This document shows, piece by piece, positions 15,826 to 24,194 of a DNA stretch of 40,246 nt; position 1 is the first letter of the stretch, and each line of letters opens with the position of its first letter. The translations under genes and the position numbers were made by a program. The stretch lies in assembly GCA_964473665.1 (NCBI GenBank), contig CAYYPV010000036.1, positions 1-40,246 on the forward strand. The letters are read 5' to 3'. The stretch is from an uncultured Candidatus Bathyarchaeia archaeon (GTDB lineage: Archaea > Thermoproteota > Bathyarchaeia > RBG-16-48-13 > CAYPFQ01). The notes beneath the pieces were generated by a model that saw only the letters and a list, made by a program, of their open reading frames with translations, searched no databases and was not told the DNA's origin.

Positions 15826-16661
15826 GCTTGGTAAGTGAGAAGATAGAAATGGACAGCAATACACATGCTGACAAGGTTCTTAATCAGCAAAATTCAACGC
15901 TAACCAATGAAAAAATGAAAAGCATCGGATTGAGTGCTTGGTTCGGAACTAAACAAGCTTTGCGAAACATAAATCTCTCATTTAGATCCAACTCAGTTAC
16001 CGCCATAATCGGTCCATCGGGGTGTGGTAAATCAACGCTCGTGCGGTGCCTAAACAGAATGCATGAGTTGGTTCGTAACTCTAAGGTTTCCGGGCAAGTG
16101 CTTCTTGACGGAAGAGACATTTACGCGCGTGAAGTCGACCCAGTTATGATTCGTAGAAGAGTCGGGATGGTTTTCCAGAAGCCGAATCCGTTTCCAACTA
16201 TGTCAATATATGACAATGTAGCAGCAGGATTAAAACTGACTGGACTGAAGAAAGGGAAAAACCTCGACGAAATTGTAATGCGAAGCCTCAAGCAGGCAAC
16301 CTTGTGGGATGAAGTAAAGGATGACTTGGATAATCCAGGTACAAGTATCTCAGGAGGACAGCAACAACGACTTTGCATCGCACGCGCAATTGCGTTACAG
16401 CCTGAAGTCATACTGATGGACGAACCCTGTTCAGCCCTTGATCCTATAGCAACCGCTAAAATCGAGGAACTGATAGTGGCGCTCAAGAGAGACTACACGG
16501 TAGTGATTGTTACACATAATATGCAACAGGCTGCAAGAGTTTCGGATTTCACAGCCTTTCTTTATATTGGAGAGCTCATAGAATATGGGTCTACTAAAGA
16601 CATATTTGAGAACCCGAAAGTCGAATTGACTGAGAAATATTTAACCGGAGGATTCGGGTAG
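15822..16661 (+). CDS. pstB: Phosphate ABC transporter ATP-binding protein PstB
   Basis: Walker [10 protein letters not shown], signature SGGQQQRL and Walker [13 protein letters not shown] are present. The GTG start overlaps the pstA stop (GTGA). The N-terminal roughly 30 aa may be an over-extension. Confidence 0.92.
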   Translation: MSLVSEKIEMDSNTHADKVLNQQNSTLTNEKMKSIGLSAWFGTKQALRNINLSFRSNSVTAIIGPSGCGKSTLVRCLNRMHELVRNSKVSGQVLLDGRDIYAREVDPVMIRRRVGMVFQKPNPFPTMSIYDNVAAGLKLTGLKKGKNLDEIVMRSLKQATLWDEVKDDLDNPGTSISGGQQQRLCIARAIALQPEVILMDEPCSALDPIATAKIEELIVALKRDYTVVIVTHNMQQAARVSDFTAFLYIGELIEYGSTKDIFENPKVELTEKYLTGGFG

Positions 16662-16672
16662 GTGAAAAATAA

Positions 16673-17314
16673 ATGAGTCGACTAATTGACACAGGCTTAG
16701 AACAGTTGGCAAAAATGCTGCAACGCATGGGTGAAATTGCGCAAAAAACCGTTTCGTTATCTATTAACAGCTACATTGAGGGTTCAACCGCTTATAGCAA
16801 GGTGAGAAATCTCTCATTCACGTTGATTTCAATGTCGGATGAGGCTGAAAGTAAAACCTTAGAGCTAATGGCCCGTTTTCAGCCAGTTGCATCTGACCTT
16901 AGAATCCTGAAATCCTACATGAAAATAGCATACGACTTCGAGAGATACGGACGATATGCTCTCGACATATCTCAAGCTTATGAAAAGCTTGGCGGTATGA
17001 CAGAGTGCGAAGATTGGATTAAAAAATACATTGCAGAAATGAGTGGAAAAGTTTTAAGCATGGTTCAATTGAGTGTTGACTCGCTTAAAAGTTATGATAC
17101 TAAATTAGCAAAAAACCTGTCTGAAACGGAAAAACAGGTTGACAGCATGTATCTTCGATATCTCGACCGATTGGTTGAAAGGGCTCCAGCCGCAAACAGG
17201 TGTACAATCTCCAGCGTCCTTGTGACGAGATATCTGGAAAGAATAGCTGATCACGCAATCTATATCGGTGAGTCGATCATCTATCTTGCAACAGGAGAAA
17301 AAGTAGCACTCTAA
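16673..17314 (+). CDS. phoU: Phosphate signalling/transport accessory protein PhoU
   Basis: 213 aa, two PhoU repeats, with FERYGRYALDI and LERIADHAIYIGE motifs. It lies immediately downstream of pstB. Confidence 0.85.
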   Translation: MSRLIDTGLEQLAKMLQRMGEIAQKTVSLSINSYIEGSTAYSKVRNLSFTLISMSDEAESKTLELMARFQPVASDLRILKSYMKIAYDFERYGRYALDISQAYEKLGGMTECEDWIKKYIAEMSGKVLSMVQLSVDSLKSYDTKLAKNLSETEKQVDSMYLRYLDRLVERAPAANRCTISSVLVTRYLERIADHAIYIGESIIYLATGEKVAL

Positions 17315-17347
17315 TTAAAATCACAAAAATAAAGAGAAGTGAAATAA

Positions 17348-18013
17348 TTGGCAAAAGAAAGTTATACATGGTTCGAAAAACGCCGCAAGACAGAAGCATT
17401 GACTCTAGCCCAAGATCAATTAACTAAAGCACTTGACACAACAACTCTACTGTATAAGGCCCTTGAAAGCGCCTCCAAAGGCAATAAAGAAGAAGCAAAA
17501 GGCTTCATTGACATGCTTTGGGCAGAAGAGGAAGAAGTAGACAACTTACGCAGATCAGCCTTCAAAGAACTTGCAAATGTCGCAGTATCAATTGAATTCC
17601 GCGAAGATCTCATGCATATAATAAAGCGCCTCGACCTCATGGCTGACTTAGTGAAGGATTCTGCAAGAAGCGTACTGGTCTTGCTGGAAACCACTGTTCC
17701 GAAAGAAATATGGGACATAAACCTACGAGTTGCTGAAGACCTTGTCAAAAGCACTACAACTATCCGCAGCAGCATCGAGAAACTAGGAACCGATCCTACA
17801 AAGGCAAAGGAAATTGCAGGGAATGTGGACGACATAGAAAGTTCAATCGACAAAAACTATATCGAAATAAAAAGGTTCTTCATTAAATACTCGGTTAAAA
17901 TTGATCCTGGAACACTTCTGATTCTCAACAATCTAGCAGAATTTATGGAGCAGGCGGCAGATGTATGCGCTGACACAGCTGATTATATTTTGGTATTAGC
18001 TAGCGGCGAATAA
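17348..18013 (+). CDS. DUF47 / TIGR00153-like PhoU-related protein (Pit-accessory type)
   Basis: 221-aa all-helical protein. LTKALDTTTLLYKAL...EEVDNLRR...RLDLMADLVKDSAR...MEQAADVCADTADYI is typical of the DUF47 family, assigned from memory. TTG start. Confidence 0.65.
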   Translation: MAKESYTWFEKRRKTEALTLAQDQLTKALDTTTLLYKALESASKGNKEEAKGFIDMLWAEEEEVDNLRRSAFKELANVAVSIEFREDLMHIIKRLDLMADLVKDSARSVLVLLETTVPKEIWDINLRVAEDLVKSTTTIRSSIEKLGTDPTKAKEIAGNVDDIESSIDKNYIEIKRFFIKYSVKIDPGTLLILNNLAEFMEQAADVCADTADYILVLASGE

Positions 18014-18035
18014 TGTCAGCGAGTTTCTGGTAAAA

Positions 18036-18434
18036 TTGAAACATGTATTATTCGTTTGTGCCACAAATGCGGGTAGAAGCCAGATGGCTGAAGCCTTTGC
18101 AAACATCTACGGAGAGGGAAAAATAGAGGCGTCCAGTGCGGGCGTAATCGCAGCAGACAAAGTCAATCCAGTTGTGGTTGAAGCCATGAAGGAAAAAGGA
18201 ATCGACATATCAATGAATAAGCCTAAACCGGTTACGACTAAAATGGCGAAAGAGGCTGACAAAATCATCACAATGGGCTGCAGCGTAGAAAAATTCTGCC
18301 CAGCTCCATTACTTAAAAATGTGGTTGATTGGAAACTGGAAGACATTAAAGGTCAGCCAATAGAAAAAGTTAGACAAATCAGAGACGAAATAGAAAAAAG
18401 AGTGTTGAAACTAATATCGGAACTCAGCAATTGA
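18036..18434 (+). CDS. arsC: Low-molecular-weight phosphatase-family arsenate reductase (ArsC, thioredoxin-coupled type)
   Basis: P-loop VLFVCATNAGRSQMAE (CX5R-S), plus a downstream Cys pair MGCSVEKFCP resembling the Cys82/Cys89 relay of S. aureus ArsC. TTG start. Confidence 0.75.
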   Translation: MKHVLFVCATNAGRSQMAEAFANIYGEGKIEASSAGVIAADKVNPVVVEAMKEKGIDISMNKPKPVTTKMAKEADKIITMGCSVEKFCPAPLLKNVVDWKLEDIKGQPIEKVRQIRDEIEKRVLKLISELSN

Positions 18435-18530
18435 CCAAACAATATCTTTGTGGGGAATATTTAGAAAATTCAAAAATGCCTCATAAAATAGAAGTGTAAG
18501 GCATACGCATAACTGAAAAAATAAGCTAAA

Positions 18531-19241
18531 TCACTTTGAAATAAAAATTTTAACCTTAACTTTGTCTCCATCCTTCAACTTCAGGCGATCACGTAGAAAT
18601 ATCGGAGCTATCACTTCTACTGCTGAAGTATTATAATGGCTTCGCATAGCGGTAATAACCGCTCCTTTAACTTCATCATTAACTATTGCCCTAAAACATT
18701 TAGCTGGTCCAAAGGTTCTTGAATGATCTTTAAAGCCTTTAATTTCTATAGCCGGATAAGCGTCAAGCTCTCCTCTGGTTCGTAGATCAATATTCGTAGT
18801 CAATTTTAGGTTAAGAGTTCCAGGATAGGGGTCAAACCCAAGCCGATCTATGATCTGCTTTCTATAGCCCCTTTGACCAATATAATACGCTCCTTCACCT
18901 AATCCAGTAAACACCACCCCTTCAACTGTTATAACCGGAGGAGCGCCAACCCCACTCAAATAGTTAAGGCTTAATTGGATTTTTCTAATTTCTTCGGAGC
19001 CTTTTTCATTTATTCTAACTAATTCACCGCGGGCAGTTATTTGTCTATTAATTAATCCCAGTTTTTCAAGCCCAATCAAATGTCTTGAAGCCGTTTGTTG
19101 TGACGTATTCAACTTTTCAGCCAGTTCTTTTGTGGAAATTTTTACAAATCTGCTTTGGGCTCCCATTTCAGCAAGACTGTAAAGGGCAAACCACAAAACC
19201 GGCTTCATAATAACTTCACTTCTCCTTGCTTGCTGTAGCAT
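18531..19241 (-). CDS. ribK: CTP-dependent riboflavin kinase with an N-terminal winged-HTH domain (RbkR-like)
   Basis: N-terminus: ISTKELAEKLNTSQQTASRHLIGLEKLGLI, a wHTH. C-terminus: GLGEGAYYI...GFDPYPGTLNLKL...VEVIAPIFLRDRLKLKDGDKV, an MJ0056-type kinase. The likely true start is the Met at 19208 (MKPVLW), which removes the overlap with nfi. Confidence 0.85.
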   Translation of the reverse strand: MLQQARRSEVIMKPVLWFALYSLAEMGAQSRFVKISTKELAEKLNTSQQTASRHLIGLEKLGLINRQITARGELVRINEKGSEEIRKIQLSLNYLSGVGAPPVITVEGVVFTGLGEGAYYIGQRGYRKQIIDRLGFDPYPGTLNLKLTTNIDLRTRGELDAYPAIEIKGFKDHSRTFGPAKCFRAIVNDEVKGAVITAMRSHYNTSAVEVIAPIFLRDRLKLKDGDKVKVKIFISK

Positions 19242-19908
19242 GAGCTACTCTAATAGGCTCTGGAATTCTATGTTTTTTAACGCAGTGTAAAACAATGTCG
19301 ATTGCCCTATTAAGGCTCACCAAATTGCCCACGCTAACGTAAACAGGTTTAACTCCAGGCATTGTCGTTACTGCAGCGCCTATAGTTTCATTCTTGTCAA
19401 TGATCGGCTGCCACCTACCCCCCCTCTCCTTAACTTTACCGCAAAGTAAACCCTTAGCGACACCTATAGTAGGAATCTTCATAACTACACCAACATGCGT
19501 AGCTAACCCACAACGGTACGGGTGAGCTATACCATGACCCTCAATCAAATATACATCCGGCTTCAACTTCAACTCACCAATAGCTTTACATACAGCTGGA
19601 CCTTCACGAAATGAAAGCAAAGTCGGAATGTAAGGAAAACTACAATTAGCGCGAACAACTTCCTGCTCAAAAATCTCTAACGATGAATAACTCAAAACCA
19701 CTGCAGCAGCTATAGCGTATCTAGAAGTATAAGAAACATCCACTCCGCCAACAAATCGAATAACTCTGGGAAGCCTATCCTCAGTTATAGCCATAGTTGA
19801 AAGTAAATGTTGTAGTCTACGCGCCTTTTTAGTTGAAAATTCCTTAGGCTTCTTCAATTTACTTAACGATTTTCGCTTTGACTCCAACAAAAACAGGTCC
19901 TCTGACAT
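19216..19908 (-). CDS. nfi: Endonuclease V
   Basis: VGGVDVSY, LSFREGP and LIEGHGIAHPYRCGLATHVGV are EndoV motifs. The track ORF extends to 20022. I place the start at the ATG at 19908 (MSEDLF) or at the TTG at 19857, just past the sepS stop. Confidence 0.85.
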   Translation of the reverse strand: MSEDLFLLESKRKSLSKLKKPKEFSTKKARRLQHLLSTMAITEDRLPRVIRFVGGVDVSYTSRYAIAAAVVLSYSSLEIFEQEVVRANCSFPYIPTLLSFREGPAVCKAIGELKLKPDVYLIEGHGIAHPYRCGLATHVGVVMKIPTIGVAKGLLCGKVKERGGRWQPIIDKNETIGAAVTTMPGVKPVYVSVGNLVSLNRAIDIVLHCVKKHRIPEPIRVAHATASKEK

Positions 19909-21457
19909 CAATAATCCGATTTTTACCTGTAATATAACGCTGCGCAATGTCGTCAACCTGAATATTGACATCGCTCGGAAGCTTCGCCATTCTAACCCTA
20001 ACACTGACCTCCTCAAGCCCACCTTTCTTCACAGCCTCTTCAATTTTTGAAACAGCTAGGGCGGCGACTGCGTCAAGATACCTTATGTTCGTTTTAATCC
20101 CTTTCTCTCTCGCCTTTTGAACTAACGCTTTCTCTTCAAGACCCCTTGCTGGAATTCCAAGAACATTTCCATCGTAAACATAAATTTCGTTAAGCGCAGC
20201 CGGTCCAAGAAGCCTCGTGCCCATATCAGGCTCGTACACGCTGACCTCTAAATTTTTACTCAAAAAACTTCCTTTAAACGCAGTAAATTCACATGGACTT
20301 GTCCTTTCCGCATACATCAAGGCAGTTTTTATTATGGAATTAAGAAGTTCTTTTCCCTCTTGAGTTTCAGGTCGCTGAGCTACTTTAATCTCCTTCGCAA
20401 TTTGAGTGTCTGATAATGTCAATTCAGTGTAAAATTGCGGATATGCAAGCTTCCGCATGTCCAACTCGCCGCTTAACATCATAGTAATGCGTTCAACCCC
20501 AACTCCAACATTTAGAACAGGATACTCTATGCCATATCTAGCCAAAGCTATTGGACTGTATAACCCGAAATCCGCAACCTCAACCCACCTATTCAAAGCT
20601 GGAAAATAAGCAAAAGCCTCAAACTCTGTTCCCGGTACATAGTATCGGGATGTAACCTTTTTCTTGTCAAACCTAATCTTCTTTATTTCAAACGGTGTAA
20701 GTATTTTTTCCACAATTTCTTTGCCATCATTAACACTAACATCTTCATCCATGACAACGCAACTTGCCACAAATGAACTTCTTAAATGAGTAGGATCCTC
20801 CTGTTGTTCACGCCTAAACTTAAAATCTATCGAGAAAAGCTGCAGCGGAATCCCAACCTTATGCTGTAAAGCTTGAAGCGTTCCAAACCAAACGCTGGTC
20901 ATATGTGAACGCAAAGTCAGCTTTGTTGGTTGAGGCTTTAACTCCATGAACTCGGGAAAAACCTTGCTGACGATACGTGTAGCATTAATATCCGAAACTT
21001 CAAGGGTTTCAGAAATTTTTTCAATCAAATCGTCTGAAGCAATAACGCCTTTTTTATAATCTCTTAAAACTCGTTGCAGTTTCGCTAAACTTTCGCGATT
21101 TAACTGTACACCCAGTCTTTCCAGTTCTTCACGCTTTTCCTTACTTAGACCTATTTCTGGTTTTGGAAGGGTTGCCAAATAATAACATCGGTCCAGTATT
21201 ACGACGGCTTCCGGTCCATACTGCTTATAGATTTCAGCTTCATCAACAATCATAGGATTCAATACTTCGTTAAAACCCAACTCTATGAATGATCTTCGAA
21301 GTTTCTGTATAAGATCGAATACTGGGTGAGTCTTACCCGTTTTTATAGGCGCATTCTTCATTCCTCTCATGGGAATTAAATTAGCACTTTCAGCCCATAC
21401 TCTCTCAAATCCTTCTTTTTTTACACGTTTCAAAATTTCATCAGGATTAAGCTTCAC
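19859..21457 (-). CDS. sepS: O-phosphoseryl-tRNA(Cys) ligase (SepRS)
   Basis: 532 aa, colinear by eye with M. jannaschii SepRS. Matching blocks are GFNEVLNPMIVDEAEIYKQYGPEA, LTLRSHMTSVWF, SASCVV-type VASCVVMDEDVSVNDGK, VADFGLYSPIALARYGI, LNEIYVYDGNVLGIP and IIDVRGPVFVGVKAKIV. The GTG start overlaps the translin stop (GTGA). Confidence 0.92.
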   Translation of the reverse strand: MKLNPDEILKRVKKEGFERVWAESANLIPMRGMKNAPIKTGKTHPVFDLIQKLRRSFIELGFNEVLNPMIVDEAEIYKQYGPEAVVILDRCYYLATLPKPEIGLSKEKREELERLGVQLNRESLAKLQRVLRDYKKGVIASDDLIEKISETLEVSDINATRIVSKVFPEFMELKPQPTKLTLRSHMTSVWFGTLQALQHKVGIPLQLFSIDFKFRREQQEDPTHLRSSFVASCVVMDEDVSVNDGKEIVEKILTPFEIKKIRFDKKKVTSRYYVPGTEFEAFAYFPALNRWVEVADFGLYSPIALARYGIEYPVLNVGVGVERITMMLSGELDMRKLAYPQFYTELTLSDTQIAKEIKVAQRPETQEGKELLNSIIKTALMYAERTSPCEFTAFKGSFLSKNLEVSVYEPDMGTRLLGPAALNEIYVYDGNVLGIPARGLEEKALVQKAREKGIKTNIRYLDAVAALAVSKIEEAVKKGGLEEVSVRVRMAKLPSDVNIQVDDIAQRYITGKNRIIDVRGPVFVGVKAKIVK

Positions 21458-22107
21458 TTTAGCTTCTTACCTCTGACAGCTCGCTCTAACCGTTCTATCG
21501 ATTTCTCAAGATGGCTGCGTCTAGATTCAATTGCTACATCGCCTCTAGTTTCCTCAATTAGCCTTCGAGCCACATCACATTTCCTTCGCAATCCAGGTGC
21601 TAAAGCATCGCCATGCTCAATCGTCATAAGTAATGTGTAGATGTCCTCCATAACGGTAAGGCAATTTTCAGCTGTATTCAAATCGTCTTTTTTTATTGAA
21701 TCCAATGCTCTACGCCTAAGTTCGCCAACTAAATCCGCTAATCCTAAAACGTAAGATATTGACGGCACACCTAATTCTTTTTGACTTAAAAATTTTTTTT
21801 GCACAACGAAACTAAGAAGTAATTTTGCCTCAACAAATTCTTGATAAGCAATAGAAACAGAACCACTGTAAGCTAACTCAGGCCACCCCTCTAATGCACT
21901 TTCCATTTCAACAATTTTCTCCTTCGATTTATCTAGTTTCTCCTTTGCATCAACCAAATCCTCTCTATGAATCGACACTACAGCTTGAGTTGATAAACGT
22001 ACAATTTCACGGGAAACTAGCAAAACTTTTTCTCTAATCTGATCCTTGGTTTCTAGTTCTCTGCGAATTTTGCTCAGAATATCTTCTAAATCGGTCATAC
22101 TTAACAC
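21454..22107 (-). CDS. Translin-family protein
   Basis: ISYVLGLADLVGELRRRAL...LRRKCDVARRLIEETRGDV aligns with the translin Y-L-x-G-x-x-D-x-x-GEL and C-terminal helices. Confidence 0.7.
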   Translation of the reverse strand: MLSMTDLEDILSKIRRELETKDQIREKVLLVSREIVRLSTQAVVSIHREDLVDAKEKLDKSKEKIVEMESALEGWPELAYSGSVSIAYQEFVEAKLLLSFVVQKKFLSQKELGVPSISYVLGLADLVGELRRRALDSIKKDDLNTAENCLTVMEDIYTLLMTIEHGDALAPGLRRKCDVARRLIEETRGDVAIESRRSHLEKSIERLERAVRGKKLK

Positions 22108-22196
22108 CTTGAATATATTATGATAGATTTTAAGCAGATTATTTGTTTATTTTGGCTATTTTGCAGTCGTTTACAGAGTTTAGGGTTTAAAATGGC

Positions 22197-23159
22197 TTAA
22201 GGTTGTATCTTAATAGCCTTTTTTAAGCGGCTTAGCAGTACGACCCGGCTTTCCATGCATCCGTCTAGGAGCTTATACCCCGTTAATTTACTTAGTTTTT
22301 CAGCGAACTCGTGAACTTCGATATATAACGGCATATTATCAAAACTAAGTCTCAGCCTTGAAAGTCCTACAAAAACAAATCCTTTAGGCTCAACGTATGT
22401 GGGGTTAGCTTTCTCTATGAGCTTAGCGTATTTTTCCACATTTTTCATATTTTTTTGCTTGACTAGAGTTAACCTTATCACGGTTGGGCAACTGAAACTT
22501 TTTAGAAGTTCTAGTGTTTTATTCAATTTACTCCACGCATCAGGAATCTGTGGGCGGCAAACAGTCCTGAATGTGTCTTCATCAGGCGCACAAACTGAAA
22601 CGTATAATTGCTCCGGTTCCTCGTCTAATTTCTCTAACGCCTCAGGCAATGTACCGTTACTCACGATGAAAGTTGTCATCTCTCGTTTATGGAACTCATG
22701 AACTAAATCGCCTAGGTGTGGGTATAACGTTGGTTCGCCAGCTAAACTAATTGCAACATGCTTTGGAGATTGAGCCTCAACATACTTCTTTTTGTCAAGA
22801 AATTCCTGAGCATTATATCCGCTCAAAATTTTCTGTTGAGCCCTTAAGCATTCTTCAACAATGAATTCAGGATTATCCCATAGCCCCATTTTAGTCTCAT
22901 TCCATTGTACTCCAATATCGTCTGGCTGCACCCTCCAACAAAACACGCAACGCATGGTACAATTTACTAAGGACGGAGTCATCTGTAAGCAACGATGACT
23001 ATTAATTCCATAAAATTTCTGTTTGTAACACACTCTTCCATTAACAAGGCTCTCATGAAGCCAACGGCATTTTTTAACAGCTGAATGTTTCCCAACAAAC
23101 TGGTATCTCTGACGCCTGAGCGCCTGAGTTAATTTGTCAGGAAGCATTTCTCGCGGCAA
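22197..23159 (-). CDS. taw1: tRNA 4-demethylwyosine synthase Taw1 (radical SAM, TYW1 homologue)
   Basis: CLQMTPSLVNCTMRCVFCWR is the radical-SAM CxxxCxxC cluster preceded by an auxiliary Cys. The HVAISLAGEPTLYP and TFIVSNGTLPE blocks are also present. The 320-aa length matches MJ0257-type Taw1. Confidence 0.88.
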   Translation of the reverse strand: MPREMLPDKLTQALRRQRYQFVGKHSAVKKCRWLHESLVNGRVCYKQKFYGINSHRCLQMTPSLVNCTMRCVFCWRVQPDDIGVQWNETKMGLWDNPEFIVEECLRAQQKILSGYNAQEFLDKKKYVEAQSPKHVAISLAGEPTLYPHLGDLVHEFHKREMTTFIVSNGTLPEALEKLDEEPEQLYVSVCAPDEDTFRTVCRPQIPDAWSKLNKTLELLKSFSCPTVIRLTLVKQKNMKNVEKYAKLIEKANPTYVEPKGFVFVGLSRLRLSFDNMPLYIEVHEFAEKLSKLTGYKLLDGCMESRVVLLSRLKKAIKIQP

Positions 23160-23232
23160 GATAACCTCTACCGTATTCTAAATGCAACATTTAATGGAAA
23201 CTTGAAAATAAGGTTCTTACAGTTCAAAGCTT

Positions 23233-23844
23233 TTAAAAAGGTAAAGACTCCTCTCTAACGCCCTCTTTTGTAATAACGAGGAGATCTATTCCATCTCCAC
23301 TTGATACGTCCCGTGAAATAGCTGACTTTACCGCTCTTAAAACAATCTGCTTAGCGTCCTCAAAAGTTAATCCATCCTTATAGTTCGCCTCAAGAACACC
23401 TACAGCTATTTCAGCACCAGATCCTACAGAAGCAAATTTATCCTTAATGAGCGATCCCAGAGGGTCTAAAACATAAAGGCTCGGCCCATCATCGTCCATT
23501 CCTCCAATAATTGTTTGAGTTATAAGTGGGAAATATCTACTCTGGAAGAGCATATTCGACATCATTTTTGCAGCCGATTTAACAGACATAGTTCTCCCAA
23601 AATCAAGTTCAAATAGGTTAGTGTAAGCCTCTATCTCGCGAATTAAAATCTGCATATCCGAAACAAGCCCAGCGCAAGCAGCGCCTATACTATCAGTTAT
23701 CTTGAAAACCTTCTTTCCAGTCTTACTAAGCACAAAGTATCCGTACGACACACGTTTCTCAGAAGCTAAAATGACGCCGTCCTTGAAAACGACACCTATC
23801 GTTGTGGCGCCAGGCATAATTGACATTTCTCGTTCTTGAACCAT
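23233..23844 (-). CDS. psmB: Proteasome subunit beta (paralogue 1)
   Basis: PGATTIGVVFKDGVILASEKR places the catalytic Thr after a short propeptide. The GSG block SVGSGAEIAVGVLE is present. Confidence 0.9.
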   Translation of the reverse strand: MVQEREMSIMPGATTIGVVFKDGVILASEKRVSYGYFVLSKTGKKVFKITDSIGAACAGLVSDMQILIREIEAYTNLFELDFGRTMSVKSAAKMMSNMLFQSRYFPLITQTIIGGMDDDGPSLYVLDPLGSLIKDKFASVGSGAEIAVGVLEANYKDGLTFEDAKQIVLRAVKSAISRDVSSGDGIDLLVITKEGVREESLPF

Positions 23845-23933
23845 CCATTAAACCTTCTAATTTCATTGGGTTTTATAATAGGCTACTATTAAAATCTTGA
23901 GTTGAAAGATAAAAACCTATCACAAAAAGGTAG

Positions 23934-24194
23934 ATGTTTTTGGACATTCGCAGAGCATTAAACAAGATTTTCTGGGATAAGCGTGAAAAAATAGCTAACT
24001 ACGAAATTACATTTATTCATAGAGGTGCTCATGAAGACCGAAAGACTATACCCTTCAGCATAATAACTAAAATCGGGCCATCCTGGTTTATCTACAAAAC
24101 CGTCGAAGAAGAAGCGTTTATCCCCTTTCACAGAATTACTGCAATAAAGAACACCAAAACTAAAAGAGTTATCTGGAAATCAGCTAGATATTAG
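23934..24194 (+). CDS. UPF0248/DUF504 protein (MJ1316-type RNA cyclic-end recognition domain)
   Basis: 86 aa. LNKIFWDK...YEITFIHRGA...IPFHRITAIKN...VIWK matches the DUF504 pattern, assigned from memory. Confidence 0.65.
   Translation: MFLDIRRALNKIFWDKREKIANYEITFIHRGAHEDRKTIPFSIITKIGPSWFIYKTVEEEAFIPFHRITAIKNTKTKRVIWKSARY

Noticed and set aside
14241-16486. Minus-strand and alternative-frame ORFs inside pstC, pstA and pstB, for example 15123-15623 (166 aa) and 16121-16486 (121 aa).
   Set aside because: They are fully nested in well-supported transporter genes. They have no motifs and no start context.
19909-20022. A 38-codon N-terminal extension of the nfi ORF, as given in the ORF track.
   Set aside because: It lies wholly within the conserved C-terminal coding region of SepRS. 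The EndoV homology begins downstream, and better starts exist at 19908 or 19857.
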